Positions 43,401-53,500 of a DNA stretch of 64,000 bases are shown here, piece by piece. The first letter of the stretch is position 1, and every line of letters starts with the position of its first letter. The DNA comes from Caecitellus pseudoparvulus (lineage: Eukaryota > Protista > Bigyra: Bicosoecida). The notes under the pieces are model-generated. The model was not told the origin of the DNA, did no database searches, and saw only the letters and a program-made list of their open reading frames with translations. Position numbers and translations under genes: made by a program. Where the stretch lies: assembly GCA_965644315.1 (NCBI GenBank), contig CBFFRQ010000042.1:248001-312000 (forward strand), given 5' to 3'.

Positions 43401-45477
43401 GCTCTTGCTGTGTGTCGGGCGCCAGTCGCCGTCGGCGGCGCCTGGGGAGCCCGCCGGCGACATGCACTGGGTGGCGCGCCCCACCGCACACAACACGAGG
43501 GGTGTCACGGCGACGTGGCTGGCCTGCCACACCAGCGAGGCGCCGCCAGCCTTCCTGCGCGCCACCCTGTCCAGCGGCGCACAGGGCGCCGCAGACACGC
43601 TGCCCGCCGGCGCAGCCGCCTCCAGCGCCCCGGCCCTGCTGCGAGGTGAGAGTGGCGCGTCGGCGGCGCCCGCTCCGAGTGACGCTGCGCCTGTGCGGTG
43701 TCCGACTGCTCAACGGGACACCTCTCGGCTCCTGCGCTGCTCAGGGGTGTTGGAGGTGGTGGGGGAGGTGGCGGCTGCCCTGGGCGGTGGGGCGGCACCG
43801 CCCTCCCCACAGCACACGCGTGCTGCCGCCGGCCTCCTCTGGCAGGCGGCCGGGGCGGGTCTGCACCAGCTTCTCACAGATGCGGCTGCGGAGGCTGCAG
43901 CCCAGCGCTCTGCCGCTGACCCTCGCGGCACCACAGGCTGCACGCCGGTGCCCGCCACCAGCCTGCCCTTGGCCATGCTGCTGGCGCTGGGCGGCGCAGG
44001 AGACGTCCCGGACACGGTGACAGGCGCATCACCAGCCCACGCAGCAGCAGCAGCGGGCTCTGTCAATGCGCTGCGGCTGTTGGCTGGACTGCCACTGCTG
44101 CCCGTGCCGTTGCTGGCCCTTGCGTCTGCTGGGCTACGTGACGTGGCGGCTGCCGAGAGGCGCGTGGACCGTGCCGGCTCCCCTGTCCAGGGCGGCACGG
44201 AGCCCACCCTGGTGGACAAGGCGTCCACCCTGCTGCGGACGTGGTCCAGCTGGCTGGGCACGCTGCCCTCTCCCGAGCCAGAGACCGACAAGGCTAGTGT
44301 CGGCGCTGACCCTTCGGCAGGGGTGGAGGAGGAGGAGGAGGAGGAAGACACTGCTGCGGGGCGGGACGCCCTGCGTCGGGCCGTGGCGCGGCAGCTGTCC
44401 GTGAACTGGCAAGTGCCAGGTGCCAGTCGGCCCGTGGCGTTTTTGGGCATGTACTGGTATGCGACGCTGCGGCTGACCTTAGCAGGGGGACGCCTGCCCG
44501 AGGTGGGGCACCCGGCCTTCCACTGGCAGTTGTTGGAGGCAATCGGGTCGCAGGGCGTGCCGTGCCCGGCGCAGCCCCCCCTCCCCTCCCTCAGCCAGTG
44601 TGCAGTGCAGGCCGCTGCCTTGCTGAAGGGCGACAGCGGCCTCTTGCCCGCACTCTGTGCACACCCCGGCGCAGTGAGGGCTCTGCACAGCGCAGGGTGG
44701 GCCTGCCAGGGGCCAGAGTGGCTGCTGTTGGCGCAGCTGGCGACGGGGAAGGCCGTCAGCCCAGCGCCAGCTGGACCTGGCGCCGCCCCACCCGCCGCCA
44801 CGGTCGCAGAGGACGTGCACCGCGTGCCGCTCCGCATGTGGTCCTTGCGCGCCCGACCCTCCGCCTCCCACACCAAGCTGTTCCGACGGCCGGACTGGCT
44901 GTGCCTGTCTGCGCCAGGCCTGGCGGCTGCCGCGCGCCAGGTGGGAGGGTCCCCCGCCACGGTGCTGCGCGGCCACAGTGGGCTGCTGGCTCAGCGGCGC
45001 AACGCGAAGGCGTACAGCGGCATCTCCGCGCCCCGCCACGTCCAGAGCAACCACGTGGTGCCCCTGCTGTTGGACTGTGTGGACAGTCGCCTGGGCTTGG
45101 AGTGTGCCGTGTGGTGCACGGGCCTCCAGGCGGCTCGAGCCGCGGAGGGGGGGGCACTGGGTGCTGTGCAGAAGGCCGGCTTCCAAGTCCGCGCAGACGC
45201 CCTGCTGTCCGCCGTGGATGGAAAGGGCCTGACGCCCCTGGACTGCGCCGTGCAGGGGAGTCACTGGGAGTGTGCTGCGCTGTTGCAGGGCATGGCGCTG
45301 GTGGTTGCCAGGGGCGGGGGGGGGGGCGAGCTGGCTGAGGAGGGGGCCCCTGGCGCCTCCTGGTGGGAGGAGTCGGCTGGGGAGTGGGGCATCCTGCTGG
45401 CCCCGGAGGTGTATGCGTACGAGGCGGAGGAGGGCGGGGGGGGGCCGGAGGGGGGCGAAGCCGCTGCAGAGGCGTGA
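40483..45477 (+). CDS. UBZ4 zinc finger + C2 + dispersed ankyrin-repeat protein
   Basis: VCPLCGRTFRSRDLERHANACMD (UBZ4); C2-like FATVHFEGQQLQS..AIFNDAL..ITIKVW..LGQVRL; ankyrins SPLHRAAAAGH, GLTVLDVAALHGH, GDTPLMHAL, GLTPLDCAVQGSHWECAALL. Confidence 0.75.
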   Translation: MEDSGVCPLCGRTFRSRDLERHANACMDNDSPAVQRRRQVALAKAAVHETLACEERLQRALQSCVGVGCVAAISASAPRLPRSHCSERPRARRRLGIPRFLGQETLTGLCNSGPEQVLRLLQGGEGDGFGWRREVLYGQGQPSRRSGVLMLHLESLVNCTAQALQGVPGARHLPAIVTVFATVHFEGQQLQSLAAKMCTQAGPLPGQAIFNDALAVEVPNFFRLSPITIKVWAKGGEHVVGPNAAALTQHWCELGQVRLVLGDALPLQTRVLASVDAEVAVHHARQGGGGGAESLPPPPPMPLRRRSSSSPRLSYSSSATSDDSVEDTSGSVAATGAGAAAFPTHLPLEDGAASTFAEPCCSARSLQRLRDLWAEPSGVASLASPHLPHHTGGSSSWWGLLAPPGTPPDKAEQGPFPAGARSPPLPSRPASRPALRLTLTLVSREEVQGSGAGGITGMAAALREAGLWEAGTGRVGLPSRGVSPHFAGRQLRHLARDSAPGVPVVPKSIRRCMAAALARWDPSGGSLDPALRGCLARHLLSPLHRAAAAGHAMGVLHLLKAVGKHWALLRTADGRGLTVLDVAALHGHDNVVTCLVKAADTAGLRRWGRGWTADPLVEDDTDTLESAFSGSSVTGASGSGVVEGLKLCPPPAGSGVHPARAHLIWDSTDHIHSLDSALLPASALTVPPATELASTAARLRAGLSSRSSLAGEPPPLPTAWQAWTGRGGGTGAESGEEGGRAYPPLDAVLWSTWSLEEGTLQAMPPCPVPSGTLARLEGARDGSVPPWLPWYGRHAMHHAIAGGSSRVWRTVCSATLGGDIARRSAVEREQRSQDGGVLALEAGGEVEVGSMSALLDLQDGHGRTSVALAAAFGGDAAPGTQAGLLGHLYGPFPYAMPVSDGGAPCVGGVYACVDRAGLRMPHPAPGLRAVNARVYVGLLRRLLCMGADAGLPDAVGDTPLMHALRTRNTLAALLLLCVGRQSPSAAPGEPAGDMHWVARPTAHNTRGVTATWLACHTSEAPPAFLRATLSSGAQGAADTLPAGAAASSAPALLRGESGASAAPAPSDAAPVRCPTAQRDTSRLLRCSGVLEVVGEVAAALGGGAAPPSPQHTRAAAGLLWQAAGAGLHQLLTDAAAEAAAQRSAADPRGTTGCTPVPATSLPLAMLLALGGAGDVPDTVTGASPAHAAAAAGSVNALRLLAGLPLLPVPLLALASAGLRDVAAAERRVDRAGSPVQGGTEPTLVDKASTLLRTWSSWLGTLPSPEPETDKASVGADPSAGVEEEEEEEDTAAGRDALRRAVARQLSVNWQVPGASRPVAFLGMYWYATLRLTLAGGRLPEVGHPAFHWQLLEAIGSQGVPCPAQPPLPSLSQCAVQAAALLKGDSGLLPALCAHPGAVRALHSAGWACQGPEWLLLAQLATGKAVSPAPAGPGAAPPAATVAEDVHRVPLRMWSLRARPSASHTKLFRRPDWLCLSAPGLAAAARQVGGSPATVLRGHSGLLAQRRNAKAYSGISAPRHVQSNHVVPLLLDCVDSRLGLECAVWCTGLQAARAAEGGALGAVQKAGFQVRADALLSAVDGKGLTPLDCAVQGSHWECAALLQGMALVVARGGGGGELAEEGAPGASWWEESAGEWGILLAPEVYAYEAEEGGGGPEGGEAAAEA

Positions 45478-45631
45478 CCGCACACGCCAGTGGCTGCGCA
45501 GCATCAGGCGGGCGCTGCATGTAAAATACACACAACGTATCCAATCCCTGCTCTTCCCATCCTTGCTCAGCCCCCCTGTTCGCTGCAGTGGCGCAGCTGG
45601 CGCCCCACCAACCACCCACGGCCGTTGCAGC

Positions 45632-46932
45632 ATGGCCAGCGCCAGCCCTCCGCGAGGCGGGGAGGCCAAGGCGGCGCTGTTGGCAGCCCCAGTGAACCCC
45701 TCCGACCTTCGCACGCGGACAGTGGGAGGTGGTCGCACAGCACTGTACTTGACTGGGGAGACTGTCATCAGGTGCGTGCGGGCTGCGAGTGCGGAGGCCC
45801 CCGCGCAGGTGCGGGGCACCTGCCTGCGGCGCCCGGCGCAGCAAGGCAAACGCGCTGCTGGGGTACGACGGGTGGAGTGACGAGATCAAGTGCGTGAAGG
45901 TGGACAAGGCACACCGCAACACGCACGGAAAGTGGACCATCGGCGTCATGGCGCACATGCGTGTGACGGTGAGAGGCGCTTCAAAGTTCCTCTGGCGTTT
46001 CACTCGCGTTCACCGTTGAGGCTGCATTTGCCCTCCTCCATTGCAGCTGAAGGAGGGGAATTTTCATGAAGACATCGGGTATGGCTCAGCAGAGAACATG
46101 CCCAGCTGGACTGCTGCGCTGGAAAAGGCGAAGAAGGTGCGTCGTGCGCGGGCTGCTGCTGCCACCTGCAGCAACTGTGACACAGTTGCCGTGCCGCTTT
46201 TCACAAGCGCAGAGTGCCGTGACAGACGCGCGCAAGCGCTGCCTGCGCTTGTTCGGGGACGCTCTGGGGAACTGTGTGGGGAATGTACAGTTCCAGCAGT
46301 CAGCCCGCACAGCCCAGCGCGAGGCGGCGGCAGCGTCCCGCGGTGGCGTGGCAGTGGAGCGCTTCTCCATGAGCGACCTGATGCAGGCGCCCGCCGCGCG
46401 CAGCGAGCCACAGACGCCCACGGCGGTGGCGACAGGCTTCGTCACGACGCCCAGCGTCACGACGCCTCAGCACACCATGCCTGCAGCGACGACGCCCCCC
46501 ACACGGGCGCCCACCGGTGGCACCAAGCGGCCCTCGCCCACCTCCACGGCCCTGCCGGCACCCCCCCCTGCCAAGCGCGCCGCCGGTGCCGCATCCCCGC
46601 TGCCAGCCAGTGACACAGGGGCCGCATCAGCCACCGCTGCTGCCACCAGTGCCCCCGGCTCCGCCCTGCCTGAGTTGCCTGGTGGCGCGGCCGCCCCCTC
46701 CAAGGCGCAGGGGAGGGGCGGTGGCAGCACCGGCACGGCAGGCAGCGCGCTGAGCCTGAGCCAGGACAACTTCCAGCTGCCCGACGACGCGCTGAAGGTG
46801 CTGCAGGCGCAGGAGGCCGAGGCGGAGCGTGCCCGGCGCATCGCAGCGAGCAAGGAGGCTGCCTTGCGGCGGCTGCAGGCGTCACGCGGCGGGGAGGGGC
46901 AGTCACACTCGCAGGGCAGTGTGCAGCTTTGA
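45632..46932 (+). CDS. RAD52: RAD52/Rad22 family DNA annealing protein
   Basis: Introns 45772-45841, 45969-46046, 46137-46212; [62 protein letters not shown]. Confidence 0.93.
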
Positions 46933-46945
46933 AGACGCGCCCCGA

Positions 46946-49096
46946 TCACACGACATCTGTGCGGTCGGCGGGGCGGGCTCCCCCGGCCAGCGCGGTGCCG
47001 GCGCCTGCGAACATGCTGCCGACGCTGGCAGCCACTGCCGTGAAGCAGGCCGCGACGGCGGCGCAGGCGGCGGAGATGCCCCGCACCACGGCGGCGCCTG
47101 CCTGCCAGATGGGCGTCAGGACGTACACATACAGCCCGTTCCACATGGGCGCGAGGACGTGCGTGTACAGCGCCGTGCAGGCGGTCCGCACGGCGCGGGC
47201 TGGGACGACGCACAGGCAGTGCCAGGCGGGGCGCAGGGCGTGGCGCCACAGGAACATGGCGGGCGTGTACACCACCGTCATCCACAGGCAATGCAGAGCT
47301 CGGCCAATGGCGGGGAAGCACGTCCCGCACACCCACCGTCCTGCCGTGTGCAGGGCTCGCACAGGCGTCACGACCAGGTACAGCCACATGTTCTGCAGGA
47401 TGACAGTGTAGAACCACTGCACGGCACGCCACAGCGGCACCGCCACCCACGACCACAGGCAGTGCAGGGCAGGGCGCAGGGTGGCCTCGTACACACAGCG
47501 GCCCATGTAGGCCAGGGTGGTGCCCAGGGGCTTGAGGATGTGCACGTGCAGTGCCGTGCAGGCGGCTCGCACAGCAGACATGCAAGGCGCCAGGACGTGT
47601 GTGTACAGCGCTGTGCAGGCGGCGGTGAGGGAGCGATACAGACAGGCGACCGAGTCCCACAGGACGCGCGCCAGGGCCACGACGACGTTGCGCCAGATCC
47701 ACACGAGCGTCTGCCACATGCCGTGCAGCATGGGCCACACGACGTTCTCCCACGCCGGCACGGCCAGGTGCGTCCACACCCACACACCAGCCGCGACGAC
47801 GCCCCGCCACACCGGCAGCAGGCACCGCGTGAAGACGCCCGTGAGGCAGTCGCAGCAGCCCTCCATGCAGGGCACGCAGACGTGCTGGCAGCAGCAGCGG
47901 CAGCCGTGGATGGCGCCTTTGCCCAGCAAGTACGGCACGATGAAGAGGGGCGTCATGAGCAGCCCGCCCACCACCAGCATGAGCAGCTTGCAGGTGCCCC
48001 ACGCGGGGTTGCGGCAGTCCTCCGCACAGTCAAAGACAGCCCGGGCCCGCGCGCTGGGCGAGGGGGCGCTGGGGCTGCTGCTCCCGTCCACCGCCCCGCC
48101 GGGTGGCGCCACCTGCCCCACCCACTCCGCCTGCAGGCGCTCGAACTTGCTGGACATGATGCAGAGCCAGACGCAGTAGCCACACACGGCGCCGACGATG
48201 GTGGCGGCAATGGCCCACCGCAGCGCCGTGTCGTCGGCGTCCTCCCCCGACGCGTACCGCGACCACAGGACGCCGGCGGCGACCAGGCCGCCCACGCCCA
48301 CCACCAGGCAGCCACAGTAGTCACTCCACTGCAGGGCGCGGGGCAGGTCGCCGTCGGCGCCGTCGGCGCCCTCCAGGCTGTCGCTGTGCTGGTCGGGGAA
48401 GTCACCCGCTTCACACGCTCTGTCGGGGTACGCGTCGACGGGGTAGCTGGACGGCACCTGCATGGCCTCAGTGGAGTCCTCTGACACCTTCAAAGCGCCT
48501 TTGCTGTGCCCCAGCTGGGCTGCCGTCGAGAGGTCCATGCTGTCGTCCATGTCCAGCACGTGTGTCCCGCCCCGGGCAGAAACGGTAGCAGTTGGCGCAG
48601 GCGCCAGGCCTGTGTCCACGCCACCTGGCGTCACAGGCACCTGCTCCGAGACGCTGCCAATGGGCGCCAGGTACTCCACTGTTACACTCTTTGGCTGGCC
48701 CCAGCCAGCGAGGGAGGAGCCTGCACCGTGGCTGTGTGCTGGGGCTTCCTGGTCACCAGGCGTGCCCAGCGGAAATTGCTGCGACGCGTGGGCGTGCATG
48801 GTCTGTCCCGCGCCGTCCCGGGGCCCTCCAGCCCCCCCTTCCTCATGAGTCAAGCTCTGCACATGAGCTGTACTGGCGCCCTTCTCCACTGCGCCTTGCA
48901 GGCTACGGGCTGAGTGAGTGGCTGCACCTGTCAGGAAGGCCACGTCGCTGCCCTCGCTCCCTGCGCTGCCGACAAACGAAGGGCCTGACGGCAGCGGCGT
49001 GTGCACATGCACGGGATCGTGTTGATCGGGTGCAATGGCATGTGATGCAGCTGCGCCAGGCGCCGCATGGGCCCCCTGTGGCGCGTGCTGCGCCAT
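46946..49096 (-). CDS. Hypothetical membrane protein with a long Trp/Pro-punctuated amphipathic repeat region
   Basis: 716-aa ORF with a gacATGG start; hydrophobic helices followed by quasi-repeats, with ACTALYTHVLAP present twice. Confidence 0.65.
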   Translation of the reverse strand: MAQHAPQGAHAAPGAAASHAIAPDQHDPVHVHTPLPSGPSFVGSAGSEGSDVAFLTGAATHSARSLQGAVEKGASTAHVQSLTHEEGGAGGPRDGAGQTMHAHASQQFPLGTPGDQEAPAHSHGAGSSLAGWGQPKSVTVEYLAPIGSVSEQVPVTPGGVDTGLAPAPTATVSARGGTHVLDMDDSMDLSTAAQLGHSKGALKVSEDSTEAMQVPSSYPVDAYPDRACEAGDFPDQHSDSLEGADGADGDLPRALQWSDYCGCLVVGVGGLVAAGVLWSRYASGEDADDTALRWAIAATIVGAVCGYCVWLCIMSSKFERLQAEWVGQVAPPGGAVDGSSSPSAPSPSARARAVFDCAEDCRNPAWGTCKLLMLVVGGLLMTPLFIVPYLLGKGAIHGCRCCCQHVCVPCMEGCCDCLTGVFTRCLLPVWRGVVAAGVWVWTHLAVPAWENVVWPMLHGMWQTLVWIWRNVVVALARVLWDSVACLYRSLTAACTALYTHVLAPCMSAVRAACTALHVHILKPLGTTLAYMGRCVYEATLRPALHCLWSWVAVPLWRAVQWFYTVILQNMWLYLVVTPVRALHTAGRWVCGTCFPAIGRALHCLWMTVVYTPAMFLWRHALRPAWHCLCVVPARAVRTACTALYTHVLAPMWNGLYVYVLTPIWQAGAAVVRGISAACAAVAACFTAVAASVGSMFAGAGTALAGGARPADRTDVV

Positions 49097-49324
49097 GTCG
49101 CACTTGGCTCAGAGCCTGCGCAAAAACTGCGAGTGGGCTCCGGCACGTCCCCACCAGGCGTCAACGCGGGCCACTGCGGGAGGCATTGGCAATGCCAGGG
49201 GTCGCCTTCAAGGCGAAGGTTTGTATTTTACCCGGTACGTGTCTCTTGCCTTGCGAGGTGCCGTGAGTGAGAGGGAAACGATGCTTCAGTGGTTGTTGGA
49301 GGGGGGGCGATGGTGCACGTCCAG

Positions 49325-50374
49325 TCAAGCTGGAGCGTGCTTGGGCGTGGCCTGCGCAGCAACAGCCTGCGCGATGGGCACAGGTGCCCGGCCCAAACAC
49401 CGCTTCAACAGCACGGGGGGCATGCTGAGGTTCAGCGGGGAGGGGTACCCAGTGTCGACGTTCGCGCGCGGGGTGGGTTTGAGCACTCGGCGCTCCACCG
49501 CCGCAGCGCGCCCAGGTGCCAGGCCACGCAGCACCGCACGCGCGACATCCACCCTGGTCAGCGGCTCTGGGCCACTCACGTGCAGCAGGCGCGGTGTCGC
49601 GTGTGTCCCGGGCGGCGCCCGGCCCAGCAGCCCCGCCGCTGCAAACTGGGCCGCCGCCACCACGTCTGCCAGTGCTACGTAGTTGCGGAACTCGTCACAG
49701 AACAGCGGCACTGGGGTGGGATGGGCGGCATCCAGCGCCTCGGCCAGGCGCCCCTCCAGCCACTGCAGGAACTTTGTGCCACCCTGGCCCCTGCTGGATG
49801 GCGGGCCCAGAATGTTGGTTGGGCGCAGGATGCACAGGCGCCCTGCAGGGTACTCCTTCAGCAACAGAGCGTCAAAGGCAGCTTTGCTCGCAGCATAAAC
49901 GTTCTGTGGAGCAGGCGCGTCTGCCTCGAAGTACGGCGGGCAGTCGCCGCCAAACACCTGGTCCGTGCTGAAGTGCACGAGAGCAGGCACGCGCCACGTC
50001 GGGTCTTCCCGTCTCAGGCACGCGTCCAGGAGACTGACGGGGCAATTCACAGCCTTGCACAGGGTGGGATCTTCTTGACATGCTCTGGGGGATGACATCG
50101 CAGCGCAGTTGACCACTAGTGCTGGTTTGAGGGCGCCCACTGTGGCTGCCGTTTCGGCTGCGTTGCACAGGTCCACCACCTGCACCCGCACGCCCTCAGG
50201 CACATCGGCGCCCTCTCTCCGCACGCCTGCTACGACTGTGACGCCCGACAAGCTCAATAGCGCGTCGAGGACAGCTTGGCCCACGTAGCCAGTGGCGCCT
50301 GTCACCAGGACGAGGCAGGCCCCTTCTTGAGCACCAGCAGCCGAGCCCTCACACTGGGTGCTGCTGGCAGCCAT
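49325..50374 (-). CDS. Extended SDR, RmlD/MAT2B-like (dTDP-4-dehydrorhamnose reductase-like)
   Basis: VLVTGATGYVG, VVNCAAMSSP, FSTDQVFGG, PQNVYAASK (YxxxK), FCDEFR. Confidence 0.88.
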   Translation of the reverse strand: MAASSTQCEGSAAGAQEGACLVLVTGATGYVGQAVLDALLSLSGVTVVAGVRREGADVPEGVRVQVVDLCNAAETAATVGALKPALVVNCAAMSSPRACQEDPTLCKAVNCPVSLLDACLRREDPTWRVPALVHFSTDQVFGGDCPPYFEADAPAPQNVYAASKAAFDALLLKEYPAGRLCILRPTNILGPPSSRGQGGTKFLQWLEGRLAEALDAAHPTPVPLFCDEFRNYVALADVVAAAQFAAAGLLGRAPPGTHATPRLLHVSGPEPLTRVDVARAVLRGLAPGRAAAVERRVLKPTPRANVDTGYPSPLNLSMPPVLLKRCLGRAPVPIAQAVAAQATPKHAPA

Positions 50375-50512
50375 TGTGCTGAGACGCCAGGCAGGGCCGC
50401 CCATGCGGCAGTTCCCACAGACGGCGACTCCATGGACCCCTCCTTCATGCATTTTTGCACGCAGGCGAGGTGTGAGGCAGCCCCTGCCACCGTGCCGCGC
50501 CCCTCAACCTCC

Positions 50513-53500
50513 TCAGTCCGAGTCAGAGTCCTGCCTCCACAGCTGCTGCCCCAACTCAGTGCCGTTGCCCGACCCGGCTGTCTCCCTGGCCGGCGCAGAG
50601 GTCACCGCTGCCCAGAAGCTCGCAGAAGCCGAGCCCAGGGAGGGCGTGGGGGGCCCTGCATCCCGCGAGGGGCTGGGGACGCGGGCAGGCCCCTGTGTGG
50701 ACCCCAGCAACGCGCGCTCCTGCGTGGCCAGGGCACTCTCCAGCAGGCGCAGCTCATCGGGCGAGATGACGCCGTGCAGGGCAGTGGAGGCAGCACCCAG
50801 GAGGCTGCCCCCCGTCAGCGCCCCCACGAAGTCCACACTGAAGGCAGCCTTGTCCCCGTGTGCGGGGGCTTCCGCCGGCGAGGCAGGAGCCTCGGGGTGG
50901 GTCTGCTGAGGGGCTGCGCTGGGGCGGGGCGGGGGGGGAGGCGGGCCCACCCCGCCGCCCCCTCGGGGCAGCAGGGGCGCCCGGACACCCAAGTCCCCCC
51001 CCGTGGCAGCCCGGGTTCGCCTGGTTCCCGGCGGCGGTGAGAAGGAGGAGGCTGCCAGGACGCCCGAGCCCCCCCCGTCAGGCCGCTGAGCTGCCGAGGC
51101 GGCCGCGAGGGTGCTGAGCACCTCGTTGTGGCGCTTCACAGCCAGGGGCTTGAAGCCGTGGATGCCGCCCCCTGCAGGCAGCCCCTCGCTCTCCATGGAG
51201 CTGACGCTGGGGCGGGCGGGGGGCAGCGGGCCACCAGGGGCCCCGGGGCGAGTAGCTGGCCCTGCTGCGGCGCCACCCTCCGTGACACTGGCGCTGCGCG
51301 CGGCGCGCTTGGCGGCTCGGTCCTCCTTCTTGGCGGCACGCACCATGGCACGGGCTTGCTCGTCCACGGCGCGCTGCTCCTGTGCCGCCACGTACAGCTC
51401 AATGGTGACGCCCACGACGATTTCGAAGATGACGGTGGCGCAAAGGAAGAAGTAGGCGACGTAGTACAGGGCGTACCACCGCGACCGGCCGTAGATGCCG
51501 GTGTAGATGTTGTCGTTGATGTTGTTCCCGACCGTCAGCTGCAGCAGCACCAGCAGCGTGGAGCCGAAGGTGCTGTAGTCCCACTCCCGAGGGCTGTCCA
51601 CTCCTGTGGCTTCCCCTGCCGTGGCGGGGATGTTCTGGAACATGGGGAAGCCCACAGTGGCGAAGGCGTACGTGATGCCGCAGTAGATGACGGTCATGCG
51701 GAACGTCACGATGATGACAGAGCCCAGGGAATCCAGGAAGTGCCGGAAACGCTTGAACACGGTGATGAAGCGCAGCATGCGCGCAGCACGCGCCACCTGC
51801 AGCACCTGCATGCTCGTGAAGGACACGCGCGTGCGGGCGGTGAGGCAGAACAGCAGGGTCCACTCGGACACAGCGGTCCACAGGACGAGCACGACGTCCA
51901 GCTTGTGCCAGTGCGAGGCGTGCCACCAGGCAGCCACGCCACCCCGGGAGCCCACCGCCCTCACGACGAGGTCCGCTACCGACACCACCATGAGCACGCA
52001 GGACAGGAGGGGGTACCAGGACTGCCCCCAGTTCACGCAGGCGGCCCCGTACCCACCCAGCAGGCAGTGTCTGTACCGAGACGTGGAGGCTTCGTCCCAC
52101 AGCGTGACGATGAGGCCGATGAGGATGGCCGTGCCCTGTGACACCACCATGCGGTAGGGCTTGAAGCGAGACAGGGTGGAGCAACAGGCGCCCTGGGTGC
52201 GGTACCACGCCCGACCGGCCATGCCCTCAGCCACAGCGCGGCGGAGGGCTCGGCGACGTGCTGCGGCGGTGCCCCCCAGCACGTCCCGTGAGCTGCCCAC
52301 TGGCGTGGCAGAGTGGGCAGTTGCAGGGCTGGCAGCGGCAAAGTGCACTGCCCTGGGCGTGGCGTCGCTGGGGTCGGCCCCGAGGGGCGTGGCCTCCTGC
52401 GACACAGCGCGCACCTCCTCCTCCTCTTCCTCCTCCTCGGAGTCTTCGTCCTCACTGTCTGCGCCGATGGAGGCGCTTGCCTGCACAGCCCCAAGCTTCA
52501 ATGCAGCAGGCAGGTGCAGCCACTCCAGGATGGTGATGTCCCCGTCGCCGTCCACATCCAGCGCCTTGAACACGGGGCGCGCCACAGCGGAGGTGTCGTA
52601 CAGCACCGACACGTATGGCAGGAATTCTCGCAGCAGATCGTAGTTCATCTCCCCGTCCCCGTCTCCCTGCATGATGACCTGGTACGCCAGCACCAGGGGC
52701 GGGTAAGATTTCAGGCGCTTGGCAGCAGCCTGGCTGCGGTGCACCTCTTGGTAGTAGTCGTACACGACTGACAGGAAGAGCGGCAAGACGAACCAGAACA
52801 GCACGTACACGGCAGAGATGTAGAACACCAGGGCGATGATGGGGCGGGATGGCATGGCTTGGTACAAGATGTCAGGGTAGTTCTCACTGCTCTTGACGAT
52901 GAACATGGCCAGTGCGCCGTTCCCGAACGTGTTGAAGTTGTCCCATGCACGCGTGTACTCCGGCACCAGCGCGTCCGAGAAGAGTTGCTGCCCCAGCACT
53001 GCGTAGAAGCCTAGCACGACGCACAACAGGGCAGTGATGTCGAAGATGCGGGGAATGGTGCGCAAGACACTCGCCAGCATGCGTCGGTGTGCCGACTTCT
53101 TGGCGATGAACAGCATGGGGCGAAGGGGGGAGGCAAAGCGGAACACGTGCCGCAGGGCGAGGGGGTAGAACAGGACCCAGTCCACTGCTGCTGCCAGCGC
53201 TGCAACGGCGAACGCCCCTTCCCACTTCTTGTCAAGGTACATGCTGGGTCCACGCAGGCGGAGGCGCACGCCCTGGTCCAGGCAGTACACGCCAATGCAG
53301 GCCAACTCCACGAGGCCAGGGCCCCAGGAAAAAGCAGGGGAGCCTGCTGTGCCGGGGACATGCTCCCAAAACATCAGCATGCAGTGCACGATGGCCACCA
53401 GCTGCACGAACACGCGGTACAGCCGGCTCTGCAGCAAGTTAATGCCAAGCGACGGGTCGTCGCACGAGATGCAACGGCGCAGGGTGCGCCCCGCCCTGCG

